Positions 62,801 through 64,000 of a stretch of 64,000 nt of DNA are shown piece by piece. Each line of letters starts with the position of its first letter. The stretch's first letter is position 1. Location: positions 3,784,001-3,848,000 of the forward strand of contig NC_086101.1 in assembly GCF_963921235.1 (NCBI RefSeq), in the 5' to 3' direction. Origin of the DNA: Mobula hypostoma. Its lineage: Eukaryota. Under the pieces are notes generated by a model that saw nothing but the letters and a program-made list of their open reading frames with translations, was not told the origin of the DNA and did not search any database. The position numbers and the translations under genes are program-made.

Positions 62801-64000
62801 CATTACTTGTTTCCCTTAATTCCATAGACTTCATGCTAGTTTCCTTAGTAAAGACAGACGCAAAAAAACCATTTAAGATCTCCCCCATTTCTTTTCGTTC
62901 CGCACATAGGCGACCACTCTGATCTTCAAGAGGACCAATTTTATCCCTTATACCTGTAAAAGCTCTTTGGATTATCCTTCACTTTGACTGCCAAGGCAAT
63001 CTCATGTCTTCTTTAAGCGCTCATGATTTCCGTCTGAAGTATTTACTTGCGCTTTTTACACTCCTCAAGCACCTTATTTACTTCCTGTTTCCTATACATG
63101 TCATACCACTCTCTCTTCTACTTTATCAGAGTTGCAATATCCCTTGAGGACCAAGGTTTCCTATTCCTTTTCAATTCGCCTTTAATCCTGACAGGAACAT
63201 ACAAACTTTGCTCCCTGAAAATTTCTCCTTTGAAAGCTTCCCACTTACCGATCACATCTTTGCCAGAGAACAACCTGTCCCAATCCACGCTTTTTCGATC
63301 CTTTCTCATTTCTTCAAATTTGAATATTCTTCCAGTTTAGAACCTCAACCCTAGGACCAGATCTATCCTTGTCCATGATCAAGTTGAAACTAATGGTGTT
63401 ATGATCACTGGAACCAAAGTGCTCCCCTACACAGACTTCTGTCACTTGTCCTAACTCGTTTCCTAATAGGAGATCTAATATTGCATCCTCTCCAGTTGGT
63501 CCCTCTATATATTGATTTAGAAAACTTTCCTGAACACATTTTACAAACTCTAAACCATCTAGACCCCTAACAGTATGGGAGTCCCAATCAATGTATGGAA
63601 AATTAAAATCCTCTACCACCACAACTTTATGTTTCCTGCAGTTGCCTGCTATCTCTCTGCAGATTTGCTCCTCCAATTCTCGCTGACGACTGGGTGGTCT
63701 GTAATACAAGCCCACTAATGTGGCCATACCTTTCCTGTTTCTCAGCTGCACCCATAAGGACTCAGTAGACAAGCCCTCTAATCTGTCCTGCCTGAGCACT
63801 GCTGTAATATTTTCCCTGACAAGCAATACTGCCCCCCCGCCCACAACAGCTTTCATTCCTCTGCCTCCATCACATCTGAAACATCAGAACCCCGGAATAT
63901 TAAGCTGCCAGTCCTGCCCCTCCTGTAGCCAAGTTTCACTAATTGCTATAACGTCATAATTCCACGTGTCAATCCACGTCCTGAACTCATCCGCCTTCCC
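59863..64000 (+). repeat. Segmental duplication copy 2 (old CR1, fold-back at ~60326-60428, CTCF-like site, minus-strand CR1-A from ~61443)
   Basis: Colinear with 1303-5457 with scattered substitutions and small indels; runs off the window end. Confidence 0.95.
61376..61405 (+). promoter_or_regulatory. Putative CTCF site, forward (paralogue of 2808-2837)
   Basis: TGCAGTACC-GGTTC-ACA-GCAGCAGGTGGCG identical to copy 1. Confidence 0.65.

Noticed and set aside
59863..64000. Duplication as assembly artefact or LTR pair
   Set aside because: Copies differ by many substitutions, indels and a CR1 insertion; they consist of unrelated TE pieces with no TG..CA ends or gag/pol between.
1..64000. Prokaryotic systems (CRISPR, retrons, group II introns, DGRs)
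   Set aside because: All RTs are CR1/RTE/Rex-type LINE proteins, the host gene is spliced, and no repeat-spacer array is visible.

Overview
Vertebrate genomic DNA, most likely a cartilaginous fish (shark/ray), inferred from the repeat families. Most of the window is transposable elements: several CR1 LINE subfamilies, Rex1/Babar-like LINEs, an RTE LINE, Penelope-like GIY-YIG elements, Tc1/mariner elements, tRNA-derived SINEs and solo LTRs, often nested. One host gene can be rebuilt by hand: an intact six-coding-exon TRIM gene (RING, B-box, coiled coil, B30.2/PRY-SPRY; 471 aa) on the + strand at 20326-48691. The start of the window (~1303-5457) recurs at ~59863-64000, so the window covers about one ~58.6 kb unit of a probable tandem segmental duplication. 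Best leads: (1) a U UUA AAC slippery heptamer directly before the ORF1 stop, exact in three CR1 subfamilies and one substitution away in a fourth, with an AUG-less ORF2 in the -1 frame, suggesting programmed -1 frameshifting; (2) long-form CTCF-like motifs convergent around the TRIM gene and divergent between duplication units; (3) minimal type I hammerhead ribozyme motifs in the Penelope-like elements; (4) a young inverted CR1 pair bracketing TRIM exons 4-5. All calls are by eye; no search or alignment was run, and boundaries of old repeats are approximate.
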